From positions 1,736,001 through 1,800,000 of the forward strand of contig OZ251225.1 of NCBI GenBank assembly GCA_965240325.2: a DNA stretch of 64,000 nt, read 5' to 3'. Positions within the stretch are counted from its first letter, which is position 1. Each line of letters starts with the position of its first letter. Below the pieces are notes generated by a model that saw only the letters and a list, made by a program, of their open reading frames with translations, was not told the DNA's origin and did not search any database. Shown in pieces: positions 1-11,221 of the stretch. Origin of the DNA: Rebecca billardiae RCC1528 (lineage: Eukaryota > Protista > Haptophyta). The position numbers and the translations under genes were made by a program.

Positions 1-501
1 CTCAATAAGCCCGACCTGCCGGAAGAGGCGCGCGCAAAGCAGGAGGCCGTGCTCAAGGAGCTCGAGGGCAAGCTCCGGGCGGCCAAACGGTCGCGCCTCG
101 AGAGCCACCGCGCGACGAAGTATCACAAAGTGAAGTTCTTCGAGAGGCGAAAATGCGACCGCCGCATCCGGCGGGCCGAGAAGGAGCTGGCCGGCGCGGA
201 GGGTAGCTCTGCGCGCGCGGCCATCGAGGCACGGCTCGAGGCGCTCCGCGCCGATCTGCAGTACATCCGATTCTACCCGCCGGAGCATAAGTACATCTCT
301 CTCTATGCGAAGGAGAGCCAGGACTCGGAGTTCCTCGAGCGGAGGCGTCGGAAGATGCGCGCGCTCGTCGCAAAGCGCGTCGCCGACGCAGCTGCGCGAG
401 GCGTCGAGCTCGAGTCCGGCGACGAGGAGGGCGACGAGGAGGGCGACGGCGCCGGTGGTCGTGACGATGAGCCTGAGGACGACTTCTTCGTCGCCGCATG
501 A
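1..501 (+). CDS. EFG1: rRNA-processing protein Efg1 (5' end lies outside the window)
   Basis: Frame is open from base 1 (LNKPDLPEEAR...). Motifs KYHKVKFFERRK and DLQYIRFYPPEHKYISLY plus an acidic tail ending DDFF are typical of Efg1. Stop TGA at 499-501. Confidence 0.85.
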   Translation, partial: LNKPDLPEEARAKQEAVLKELEGKLRAAKRSRLESHRATKYHKVKFFERRKCDRRIRRAEKELAGAEGSSARAAIEARLEALRADLQYIRFYPPEHKYISLYAKESQDSEFLERRRRKMRALVAKRVADAAARGVELESGDEEGDEEGDGAGGRDDEPEDDFFVAA

Positions 502-1535
502 GCCAGCATCGACGCGACGTCGTGCTCACAATGGCGGCCGCATTGCAGACAACTCAGATTCAGGCACGCACATCACAGCTCAGGCGGCACCCTTCCGACA
601 CGGCGAGTCTGTCCCGAGTCCAACGGGCCGCGCCGCGGGCCGCCCGGTGCCCCGGTGGCCGTGCGCCGACGGCGAGCTTGTCAAATTATTTCGGCGCCGA
701 GTCCGACCAGCCTCACTTAAATTGCAGTACAGTAGAGTAAGCTAGCTACTGGCTGAGTCACTGCTGCTGACACTAGTGGATCATGATCATATTATGATAA
801 TGTCAGTAGTGCCGCACTCGGACCAGGCCGCACTCGTAACTCGGGCCATTCACTCGCGAGACTCACTCACACTGAGATCTGTCATCTGCGTGCTGAATCA
901 GCCATCAGGCTCGGTCTGGCTCCCGCCGCGCCAGTAGCCGTCGGGTCTCGTCGGGACGACGTGGCGGTGGTCGTGCGCCAGGCTTACGTGCGGTGTGTGA
1001 CTGTGCGGCGTGACTACGGTGCTGACTGTGTCTGTGAGTCCGCTGCACCGTCGGGCCCCGTGTTCCGTGTCTGACCGTGTCGTAAATTATTAGCCATCGC
1101 GTCATATTAGTTACCGAATCATTACGGGTCAGCGGGCATCAGGGCTACAGTAACTACTCAGTAGGCTGCGAGTGCGGCGCGGGGCCTGACGAGTGACGAG
1201 GCCGGCGCGTCAGTCGTGATTCGGGTCAAGCAATCATAATGCGCGGGGCGACTGAGGCTGATTCCAGTCAGAGTAGTCAGATGACTTGCATCACTTGCAG
1301 TTCCTCGGGTGAGTTCCTCGACCTCAGTACTACTACTAGTTCACCTCGGACCGATACATTAGTCCTAATTTATTATATACTGTCTTCCGCTTGAGGCTAA
1401 CTGAGTGGCAGAGTGCGCACGGAACGATGAAGTCATGAAGTGGCAGCCGGGGCCGGGCGGCAGACCCGGCGACTCACCGAGGTCCGAGCCCGGAATCGCC
1501 GGTCACGGTGCTCACGGCTCATCAGTGTATCGTCA

Positions 1536-2192
1536 TCAGCCCTCGCTCCCAGCTGTGCTCAGCATGCAGATGAGCAGACTTAAGTCCTGGAGACGCGGAA
1601 CTGCATTGAAGCCGTGCTGCCAGACGATGCGAAGATTTGGGTTCTTCATGATGGCAGCTTGAACTGCTTGTGTGTGCCGTTGGACAAAGGCTTGAAATGC
1701 TTCATCTTGATCATCGCATGTGGTCACTGCTTCAAGCGTAGGGACCACGGACTCCTCGCTCGCCCGCTTCATCGCCGGGACGCACGAGTCGAGCAGAAAA
1801 AAATCGAGCTCGGCCTGCAGCGCTTCGCGGTCGGCCCCGCTGGTTGGCCTGCGCAACGTGCCCGTGCGCAGGAAGTCGAGGATGCGCCCAAAGTGCGCGC
1901 CGGGTCGATCGATGAAGACGTGGCCATCCTCTTCCGTCGCGACCTCGATGCCCTCTCGACCGCTGAACATTGTGCCCAGCATCGAGTCGGGATATCGGCA
2001 CAGCGTGCTGCGCGTCGTCTCGAAGCGCACGCCGCCGACGTTGAGCTTGACTCGGTCGGCCAAGCGCGAGAGATGCTCCTGAGTGATGGCCTTTGTGGTC
2101 GCGAGCAGCGCTCGCTCCCGCTGCATCGCGGCCTTCTCCTCGCGCAGCTCGTCGAGCGTGCGCTGCAGCGCGTCGAGGTCGAGCTTGTCCAT
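1536..2192 (-). CDS. KCTD/T1-type BTB/POZ domain protein with N-terminal coiled coil
   Basis: RVKLNVGGVRFETTRSTLCRYPDSMLGTMFSG...VFIDRPGAHFGRILDFLRTG is the canonical BTB_2 signature. Confidence 0.88.
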   Translation of the reverse strand: MDKLDLDALQRTLDELREEKAAMQRERALLATTKAITQEHLSRLADRVKLNVGGVRFETTRSTLCRYPDSMLGTMFSGREGIEVATEEDGHVFIDRPGAHFGRILDFLRTGTLRRPTSGADREALQAELDFFLLDSCVPAMKRASEESVVPTLEAVTTCDDQDEAFQAFVQRHTQAVQAAIMKNPNLRIVWQHGFNAVPRLQDLSLLICMLSTAGSEG

Positions 2193-2352
2193 GGCGGTGG
2201 GTCCTCGGTCGGCAAGTTACTGTAGGCCGCTTCCGGCCGGGATCGTCACCGATCAGGCCAGGCCTTCCGTTTGCCGGGTCCGGACTCATCACCGCCTTTT
2301 CCAAAACGGCCGCCGGCCGCCGAGAAGAGGCGGCGGCCGGCGGCTCACAACA
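2193..2352. promoter_or_regulatory. Putative bidirectional promoter (BTB gene / Cys-rich gene)
   Basis: 160 nt between divergent ATGs. Contains TTCCGGCCGGGAT at 2231-2243. Confidence 0.45.
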
Positions 2353-3604
2353 ATGGCAGCGCGGTCCTGGCCGCTGGCGTCTCTTCAAGGCTGGCGCCTC
2401 GCCGTGGCTCTTGTCATCGGCGTGCTCCTCGCAGGGCTGGGCATTGTCGATCGTGCCGGCCTACTCCGAAGGGAGATCTCGACCGACTCGGACACGTATG
2501 AAGCCTTCCAGCGGCTGCTCCGCTGCGGCGACTGGTCGACAAGCGGGATGCTCGACCCGACGCCGTCATCTGGGGGCTGGACGTGTGCCAACTACACGCG
2601 ACGGATCGAGCTCAAGCCGGAGCAGCGCCACTCCGGCGTACTCCCAGACAGCTGCAAGGAGTGGTGCTCCGAAGGGCACCCACCTGAGCTCGGGGGGGGT
2701 TGGTGCTGCTCGTGGAAGCCGTCCAGAGACGGGGGCGAGTGCGCGTGGACCAACGGTCGTGCGGTGCGAACCGACAACCGATGCGCCACGGACTCGCGGC
2801 GTGACGCCCGGCTGTGCGTGCAGGAGAAGGCGATGGAGGCGTGCCCGTTCTCCAAGCTCGACGGGATGTGCAAGCTCGGACGCGGAGTGATTGCGCAGGT
2901 GATGGCTAGCACGGCGAGTAAGTGCTACTCCGCGTGCATAGCGCGGCGTGACTGCGTCGCCTTCGCCTTCTCCGACATGATGGCCGCACGCGACGAGCTC
3001 AGCTGCGAAATATACGGTGCGCGCGCGGCGCGCCGCACCGCGCGCAACGCCCCTGGCCGGCAAGCCCACCGCGAGCCACGTGTGCAACACGTCTGACTCG
3101 CGTCACCCAACCGCTCTTCCGGCGCTTGCTGCAGACAAGTGTCACAAGGATCCGCTGATGCGCGCCGTGCAGCTCGGCTACAGCATGTACACCCGCACGC
3201 TGGAGCCGCTCGACAGGCCAGCCGAGCCTGAGCGGCTAGAGGAGATCCACTTCGACACGAAGACAGGGCAGTACTACCTGGGGCGACACCGGCCCCATCA
3301 CCACGCGACGCAGAGGCATCATCGGAATAGAACCGCTCATCACCATCCGCACGTGCATCATCACCTTCACGTGCGTCATGCCCGCCCGCATCGTCGTCGC
3401 CGACATAACAAAGCGGGAGATGGAGGGATGGCAGGAACTTGGCGGCGTCCGTACCGTGACGAAGATGAACACGACGATGCACTCAGCTCTCCGCGGCATC
3501 GTCGTCGACACCGGCAACACCATCACGGTGACGGCAGTGACAGCAGCGACGACGACATCGATCGAGTAAGCAGACGACGGCGCGATGACGACAACTCTGA
3601 ATGA
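2353..3604 (+). CDS. Signal-anchored Cys-rich protein (PAN/apple-like segment) with His/Arg-rich tail; 2 exons
   Basis: Exons 2353-3016 and 3135-3604. Phase-1 intron GTGCGC...CTGCAG joins the two ORFs in frame (CEIY-D-KCHK). N-terminal hydrophobic segment. KCYSACIARRDCVAFAF...CEIY resembles PAN/apple spacing. Confidence 0.65.
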
Positions 3605-4151
3605 CGCCAATGACGGTGCTGACGCGCACCGCTCGGTCATTATTCATCCGGTCGCCGTCGGAGCGGCCGCTCTGTCAACGGACACGGTGGAAGCAGTTAG
3701 CAGACCGGACTACAATCGGGACTAGACACAGACAGTCTTACTCTTAGTACTCGTCTAATAGTCAGTACGTCTACGTGAGTACGTCTGTCGTCTGTCTGTC
3801 TCGCCTCGCCGAGACTCTCGGTGACCTGAGGCTGAGTCAGTCTCACTCAGACTCTGACTCTGTGAGACCGGGTGAGACGACGAGTCGACGGTGGAGTCAC
3901 GGTCGCCAGTGTCGGAGCAGTCTGTAGACCTGAACTGCTGATGAGTACGTCGTAGTTATTGCATGATGTCGTCTAGCTATTACAGTAATAAATGATGTAG
4001 ACCTTCGGCGGAGAGTGACTAGTGAGAGATAGATTCGGACTGAGAGATGAGTGTGACTCTGAGACTGATCGTCTGATGCAGACTGATGAGTCGTGATCGG
4101 GACTGTGATGGTGACAGGGTGCCCGTCGCTGACTGAGTCTGAGTACAGACT

Positions 4152-5157
4152 AGCTCTGGGGACGTCACGCACCACCGTCGCCCGCGCAGCTCGTCCTCCT
4201 CGTAGAGTACCGTTCAGTTCCGAGGCGTAGCCCTCGCTCAGAGTCGACCGTCGACGATGGACTCGGATCGTCGGCGCTCCCCGGAAAGGCATGGCAAGGG
4301 CGGCGCGTGGTGAAGTCGAAGACTCAGAGATCGATCAGTCCGGCATCAGGCGCCGCTGCCCCCGAGCTTGCGAGAGCCCGAATACAGGGCGGCTGCCGCG
4401 GCGCGGCCGGGGCGCCTAGGCGCCGACCGGCGCGCGGCCGCGCGCAGGCATCGACACGGGGCGGCGGGGGCGCGCAGAGTGAGTGGGGGCACGAACGCGA
4501 TGTCGACGGCAGTCGGGACCCGCCGCAGCCGCGCGCTCCAGGCGCAACTCGCCGCGCGCACCTGCCCATCGCCGTCCTCACCCGTCGGTCGCTCGTCAGC
4601 TCGCCTCATCCTCTCGCGGTCTCGCCGCAGCCGTGGCGTAGAAAACGCGGGCCCGCGCGCCCCGGCTCCCGCTCCGGTGTCAGATAGTATTGAGATTCGC
4701 CGAGGTTGGCCCATCGGCTACTGACCCTTGCCTCGTCGGCTCCTGATACAGACACGGCGCGATTGAATAGTTGATTCAACTGATTCAAGGGACGTACATG
4801 GTCACATCGGTTCGCGACAATCTCTATCTAGATACGTCATCGCTCCTTGGACCTTGCTGCAATCTCATTGGCCGGAATTTAAATCGCTTGTAACGGTTCG
4901 TTACGTTAGGGATCCTAAAGGGCGTGAAGTTTTTTGGACGGGCGTCACTCCACGCTTTACTATGAACTTGCCGTGGGCGCGACCTTTTTTGGCCGTGATG
5001 CATGTTAGAGAGGGTCTCAAAATTCGAAACTCGGTCTCCTCCAGCCATGAAAATCGTCCCCCTTCCCTTTTTTCTTGATCAAAGATCTTTTTGAAACGTT
5101 GTTCGGGCCCGCTGGTGCGGGCTCCACGCTGCGCGCTCCGCCCTGCACCGCGGGCCA
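4152..5157 (-). mobile_element. Truncated inverted copy of the non-autonomous Helentron/Helitron2-like element
   Basis: Reverse complement of 5225-6227 with about 4 substitutions and one 3-nt indel. Keeps the TGGCCCGCGGTGCAG terminus and lacks the hairpin end. Confidence 0.8.
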
Positions 5158-5224
5158 TCATACTACGGTATTATCATAATGCGGGCGGCCACGTGTACGG
5201 TCGCGATCGATGTGAGGCTGATGA

Positions 5225-6865
5225 TGGCCCGCGGTGCAGGGCGGAGCGCGCAGCGTGGAGCCCGCACCAGCGGGCCCGAACAACGTTTCAAAAAGATCTT
5301 TGATCAAGAAAAAAGGGAAGGGGGACGATTTTCATGGCTGGAGGAGACCGAGTTTCGAATTTTGAGACCCTCTCTAACATGCATCACGGCCGAAAAAGGT
5401 CGCGCCCACGGCAAGTTCATAGTAAAGCGTGGAGTGACGCCCGTCCAAAAAACTTCACGCCCTTTAGGATCCCTAACGTAACGAACCGTTACAAGCGATT
5501 TTTCCGGCCAATGAGATTGCAGCAAGGTCCAAGGAGCGATGACGTATCTAGATAGAGATTGCCGCGAACCGATGTGACCATGTACGTCCCTTGAATCAGT
5601 TGAATCAACTATTCAATCGCGCCGTGTCTGTATCAGGAGCCGACGAGGCAAGGGTCAGTAGCCGATGGGCCAACCTCGGCGAATCTCAATACTATCTGAC
5701 ACCGGAGCGGGAGCCGGGGCGCGCGGGCCCGCGTTTTCTACGCCACGGCTGCGGCGAGACCGCGAGAGGATGAGGCGAGCTGACGAGCGACCGACGGGTG
5801 AGGACGGCGATGGGCAGGTGCGCGCGGCGAGTTGCGCCTGGAGCGCGCGGCTGCGGCGGGTCCCGACTGCCGTCGACATCGCGTTCGTGCCCCCGCTCAC
5901 TCCGCGCGCCCCCGCCGCCCCGTGTCGATGCCTGCGCGCGGCCGCGCGCCGGTCGGCGCCTAGGCGCCCCGGCCGCGCCGCGGCAGCCGCCCTGTATTCG
6001 GGCTCTCGCAAGCTCGGGGGCAGCGGCGCCTGATGCCGGACTGATCGATCTCTGAGTCTTCGACTTCACCACGCGCCGCCCTTGCCATGCCTTTCCGGGG
6101 AGCGCCGACGATCCGAGTCCATCGTCGACGGTCGACTCTGAGCGAGGGCTACGCCTCGGAACTGAACGGTACTCTACGAGGAGGACGAGCTGCGCGGGCG
6201 ACGGTGGTGCGTGACGTCCCCAGAGCTGGCTGTGCCTCTGCAACGCGTGCCGAGCCTGATCGAGGTGTGTCAGCCCGTGCACGCGCGGCGTGCGCGAACG
6301 ATCCGTGACTGGTGCCCAGTCGCACCTCCGACCTCGGCACCGTGCTCCCTCGGGCTGTCAGCTCCGCGTGGCCTGGTGTGCACGTCGAGTTGCGCTCATG
6401 CGTCGATCACGCCTCGCGCCCGCCTGTCGGCCGTCGCGCAGGCGCTGGTCGAACCCTACTCGGACCAGTGCAAATCACCTAACTATCCTGGCGCTGCCGC
6501 GGTGCGCGGTGACCCGCGGCGGGACAGCGGTCAGTCAGCAGCAGCGGCCCGAACGAATCCGCGGCCCCGCACCGTGCTCCCTGGCTGTCAGCTTCGCGTG
6601 GCCTGGCGTGCACGTGGAGTCGCGCTCATGCGTCGATCACGCCTCGTCGCATCCGCCTGTACACAATCGGCGCCGCGCCGGCGGCTGCGAAGTGCGCCGA
6701 TGGGCCCGCGCCCCGGGCGCGGCGGGCGGCGGCGCGCCGCTGGAGTCTAGTTGTACGGGCATGCAACTCCGGGTCTGTCAATAGACGACTGCGATGGAGG
6801 GTGCACCGCCACCGCGGGCCCTGAACTACGTTCGTTCTACGGAAAAGGACCGCGGAACGCGGTCA
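5225..6865 (+). mobile_element. Non-autonomous Helentron/Helitron2-like element, full length (1641 bp)
   Basis: 5' terminus TGGCCCGCGGTG with a partial internal inverted copy near 5262-5277. Subterminal inverted copy CACCGCGGGCC at 6810-6820. 3' hairpin GACCGCG-GAA-CGCGGTC at 6848-6864. Both ends shared with 24829-26528. Inserted at A^T with no TSD. Confidence 0.75.
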
Positions 6866-7065
6866 TATGTACGCGGCCGGATATCGCGGATATTAATGTG
6901 GTATAGTCTGGCTCTGAAGTAATGAACTAAGAGTAATAAGAGCGCTTGACGAAGTCTGAATAAAGTGTGTTACGTGAACGTGCGGCCCGGCTTCAACTTG
7001 TTCAAGATGCCGGCCTCAGCCAGTGAGCCTCACCGAGATGACGACGCTCACGCTGCCGATTGGTG

Positions 7066-8836
7066 CTACCCCGCAGCGTGGTCGTCCTGCCGTGACTGGC
7101 GATGCCTTGCGTCATCCTGCTCAAAGACCTTGGCGCGCATGGACTCCTCCACCGTCGCCATCGCCGCCTGCAGCTGCGCCTTGAAATCCATCTCGGCGTC
7201 GGAGGAGCCGTGCTGCTGGAAGATCTGGCCGAGCAGCTTGAGGCCGTGGGCGCGGCGCTGCCGCTGCGCTGGCGGCACGCTCGAGTCGGTGAGCACCTTG
7301 TCGCACACGTGCGACAGGGTGCGCTCGATGTCGATGACGGAGACGCGCCACGCGGACTCGAGCATCAGCGCCATCGCGCCCGTGCGCTCCATCTCCTCCG
7401 CCCTGGCGCGGGCGGGCGAGGGCGGGGCGCGGGAGGCGAGGGCGCTCGGCGCGCGCACGTGAGCCGGGGCCGCGGAAGCAACCGGCGGGTGCGGAGCGCG
7501 CCTCCGGCACAGGCGGTGGCGCGCGCTCGCGCGCGCGCGCGCACATGCTCTGCCCCTTCGCCTCCGCATCCACGCCGTCGAGCCGCTTCTCGATCGACTT
7601 GAACACCTGGTAGGTGCGCACGCCCGCCTTGGCCGCCTTGATGGCGGACGAGGCGGCCTTGCCGTGCGACTTGAGCCTGGCGACGTGCGAGGCGACGGCG
7701 TTGACGGGCCCTTCGGATATGTACTCCTCCGCCTTGTTCTCGTACGCGCAGCCGATCGTGTGCAGCAGCACGTCGCCGAACGACGCCACCGCCAGCCGCT
7801 CCGCCAGCGCGTGCATGTCGGAGGCGAACTCGGCCTCGTCACCCGCGCCAAACTGCGCGAGCATGTCGGCGAGCCCGACCGCGGCGAGCACCTCGCGCCG
7901 GCGCTGCCGCCAGGCGAGCTGCTTCTCGCTCACCTCGGTGCCCTCCATCGCGAAGAGCATCGCCAGCTGCAGCTCGCCGATCAGCATCTCGAACTGCTCC
8001 GAGCCGAAGAGGATGGCGAAGAAGGTGGTCGAGTCGAGCAGCGTCTGCTGGTTGATTGCGTCCTTGCCCTTCTGGTCGTACCGCGCGCGCAGCTCGTCGT
8101 TCGAGAGGACCTGGTAGGCCTCGCCGACGCGCTGGAACTCCTGCTTGGCGGTGGGATTGCCCGGGTTCTTGTCGGGGTGCAGCTGCCGCGCCAGCTTGTA
8201 GTACGCCTTCTTGATGTCCGCGGACGACGCGGACGGCGGCACGCCAAGCGCGTCATACAGCTCCGAGTCCGCCACCTGCTTCTTCGCGCCGCCGGCGCCA
8301 TCGCCGCCGCTCCCGCCGCTCCCGCCGCCGCCGCCGCCGCCCGCCGCGGAGCCGTCGGCGTCACCGCCGACGAGCACCTCGAGCGCCTCCTCCCGCAGGT
8401 TGTACCACACCCACTCCCTCTTCTCGTGGTTCCACACCTTGCCCTGCTGCGACTGCACGAACGCATCGCCCGTGTTCACCACGCCGCGGGCGATCTGGGT
8501 GAGGCCGACGGCGGCGCCCGCAACGGGGAGGGTGACTGCGGCGGCGACGCCGATGCCCAGACCCGTCACGAAGCCACGCATCCCATCCTGCTGCGCGCCC
8601 ACGACGGGCGCCGCGACGAGGCCGGCGACGCCTGCGAGCACGCCCTTCGTCACGCTCTTCAGGCCGGACGACGTGCCCGCGACGACGTCCTTCGGGCGGC
8701 GCGTGGAGAAGAGCATGCCCATATTCCCATCGCTGCCGTCGCTGGCCCCGTCCGCAAGCGACGCGCCGCCGAAGGGTACTAGCGCCGTCGAGGCCGCCGT
8801 CGAGGCCGCCGCGGTCGCAGACTTGTCGTCCGCCAT
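7066..8836 (-). CDS. DnaJ-domain protein with C-terminal DnaJ-X domain (ATJ10/CAJ1-like); 2 exons
   Basis: J domain LYDALGV...IKKAYYKLARQLHPDKNP...FQRVGEAYQVLS. X-domain motifs FGSEQFEMLIGEL and DIERTLSHVCDKVL. Exons 8836-7545 and 7402-7066, phase-2 GT-AG intron 7544-7403 restores SMAEEMER. Confidence 0.9.
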
Positions 8837-8937
8837 TTCGTGCTGCAGCTGGGTGACCAAGGGCGTGAGATAGGAAGCTTCCAGGAAGGGTTGTTGGCCG
8901 CGCCCGCCGCGCGCACGCGGGGCCGCGGCGGCCAGCG
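8837..8937. promoter_or_regulatory. Putative bidirectional promoter (DnaJ / TSEN54)
   Basis: Only 101 nt between divergent ATGs. Confidence 0.45.
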
Positions 8938-9819
8938 ATGGCGGACAGGCCGCACGCCGAGTGGGTCCCTGAAGAGCGCGCGGCGCTCGTCGTGCTGCCC
9001 AGAGGGACGAGCCTGTCGCGCTTCGGCTACACGAGGCGTGGGCAACACTGGCTCCACCCCGAGGAGGCGCTCTATCTCTTCGAGGAGCACGGCCTCTGCC
9101 TCTGCATCGACGGGACGCGCGCGGCGACGCGGCTGGCGTTCAGCACGTTGCTCGACAGCCCTGCGACACTGCGGCGGTACACGGCCTTCCTTCACCTCCT
9201 GAAGCACGGGTACGTGTGCAGACCCTCTCTGACGCGCCCAAGCCCTCGCGCGGGCCTCGCGCCCGACTACGACGTCTTCGATGGCGCGCGCTTCCGACGA
9301 GGGGCGGCGAGCCGCGGGGAGGTCCCACCCGTGGCTCACCTCATCGTCGCAGACTACACGGAGCCACCCCCACCGTTCGGCGAGCTGTGCGAGCTATGCA
9401 CATGGTGCGGCGCAGCCGTGCTTGTGGCAGTCGTCGGAGGATCAGACGTGAGCATCCTCGAAGTGCAAGCTGGCACGCCACAGCCGGAGAGGCGCGCCCC
9501 GGCGCCGCAGGGACACGGAGCAGCAGCCGCCCACCTGCAGCTGCCCACCTCGCCATTCCCTTGCGCACGGGGAGAAAACGTGCCTGTCCGCATGGGATGG
9601 GTTCGAGCGCACGCTGCGCTCGCTGCGCTCACCGGGGGTCCTTGCGCGGCACTGCTCGCAGCTGGTGTGGTCTCGCTGGTAGTCGTGGTGCTCGGCCGCC
9701 GACGCATCTCTCAGTCTCAGGGCCCCGGCGGCGCCGGTGTCACACGAGCCGCATCCATGATTCGCAGTGGTCTACGTTGGGATAGGGCCCCAGGCGGGTT
9801 GCCGGCGCACATCAGCTAG
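8938..9819 (+). CDS. TSEN54: tRNA-splicing endonuclease subunit Sen54-like
   Basis: AEWVPEERAALVVLPRG...FG...WLHPEEALYLFE and YTAFLHLLKHGYVC match the Sen54 N-terminal domain. The C-terminal third is less certain. Confidence 0.75.
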   Translation: MADRPHAEWVPEERAALVVLPRGTSLSRFGYTRRGQHWLHPEEALYLFEEHGLCLCIDGTRAATRLAFSTLLDSPATLRRYTAFLHLLKHGYVCRPSLTRPSPRAGLAPDYDVFDGARFRRGAASRGEVPPVAHLIVADYTEPPPPFGELCELCTWCGAAVLVAVVGGSDVSILEVQAGTPQPERRAPAPQGHGAAAAHLQLPTSPFPCARGENVPVRMGWVRAHAALAALTGGPCAALLAAGVVSLVVVVLGRRRISQSQGPGGAGVTRAASMIRSGLRWDRAPGGLPAHIS

Positions 9820-11221
9820 CATCGTCGGGCCGTCATCATCGCGCGTCACTGATTGGTCTCCGACGGACTCGACTTTCAAGTGTCAGCGGCGCCGCATTGG
9901 GCGCAGGCGGGCACCGCATCCTCGGGCGCGGTCCCGTGCGAGGCGAGTGGCGACCACGGCCGGTTAGACCGGCCCTGATACATTGATGATTAGTAGCCGC
10001 CGCCATTCCTGAACCCGCGCAACGCGGCCGTAATAACCAGTCACTGACATTGTCGTCGGAACTGGTCCGCGCGACCGCGCCGCGGAGCTGTCTAGCGAGA
10101 CTGATGTTCATCCGATTTAGACCATTCGCAGAGTCGCGTTCGACGACGTATAGCCTGCCACTGAGACATAGCATTGCTGCATCCGCGCTATTAGTTAAGC
10201 GCAGCTCCGCCAAAGTCATTAAGAGGCCGTCATCAGATTAACAAGTCCGCGCGATTCAAGGAAGCGGCGACACCCGCGGCCGCCCGCCCGGCGCCAATGA
10301 CGCAGGATAAGCTATATGGGCTAATCATGGACCCAGTCATATTAGTACACGGTGAGTCCGGTACTCGTGAGCAGTACTGAGCCGCCGCTTCTGAATCAGC
10401 GGCGCGTGCAATCCGACTACTACGGCCGGCAGTGCGACTCGCCAGTGCCAGTGGGCAGACTGGGCACAGGGCAGTCCGGTCACGCCCGGCGCGCGCCGGG
10501 TAATACGAGGTCTGAGTCCCGTCCGTATCATACTGGCGGCACCGCCGCGTAGCGTCCCGGTCACGCCGAGAATCCGACCAGACTGAGTCATCATCATGAG
10601 TCTAGTTACTAGCTAGGAGACAGGGCGTGAAGTCAGACACGGTCGTCGGCGTAACTGTCAACGGTCGCGCCGAATATATTATAATTATTCTTTCCAAATG
10701 CGATCGGGTGAGCGTCACTCGTTCGGCGGAACTCCGTTAACGTTCGCGGAGTCCGCGAGTCCGGCGTCACTGTAAGGCTGACACTTGAGTCTTGACAGTT
10801 CACACTATATATGACTATCACAGTGCGACGCCAACTTCAGACTCAGAGCCGCGTCCGTTTCGCGGCCAGTGATCACGGTACGTGGTCCGGCCGTTGACCA
10901 CTGTCCACTGACACTCGGGGGTGCCTTCTAAAACTCATAGGCGCAGATCAGGTAGCATGGCGGTAATCGGACGCGACCGCACGTCGTCGTCATAGAGTTT
11001 ACTAAGAATTGAATGAGACAGCACACATTGCTCACGGGCAGGCGAGATTGACGCCCGCGCCAACTGTCACCGCCCATGACGGGCCGGACGCCGATGGTAG
11101 CGCCGTCGGAAGATTCGTCCAGCAGTCCGCCTGCGACTAGTGCGAGGCCTGGATGAGGGCTGCGGCCGCCTCGCGGCGCGCCAGTGCCCGTCGTCCTAAG
11201 TAGTAACGGGCCATGCGCGTA

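Noticed and set aside
5222-6824. PIF/Harbinger MITE reading (GGCCCGCGGTG TIRs with apparent TGA TSD)
   Set aside because: Homology with the 24829-26528 copy continues about 45 bp past the right IR through a hairpin, so the IR is subterminal and the TGA match is coincidental.
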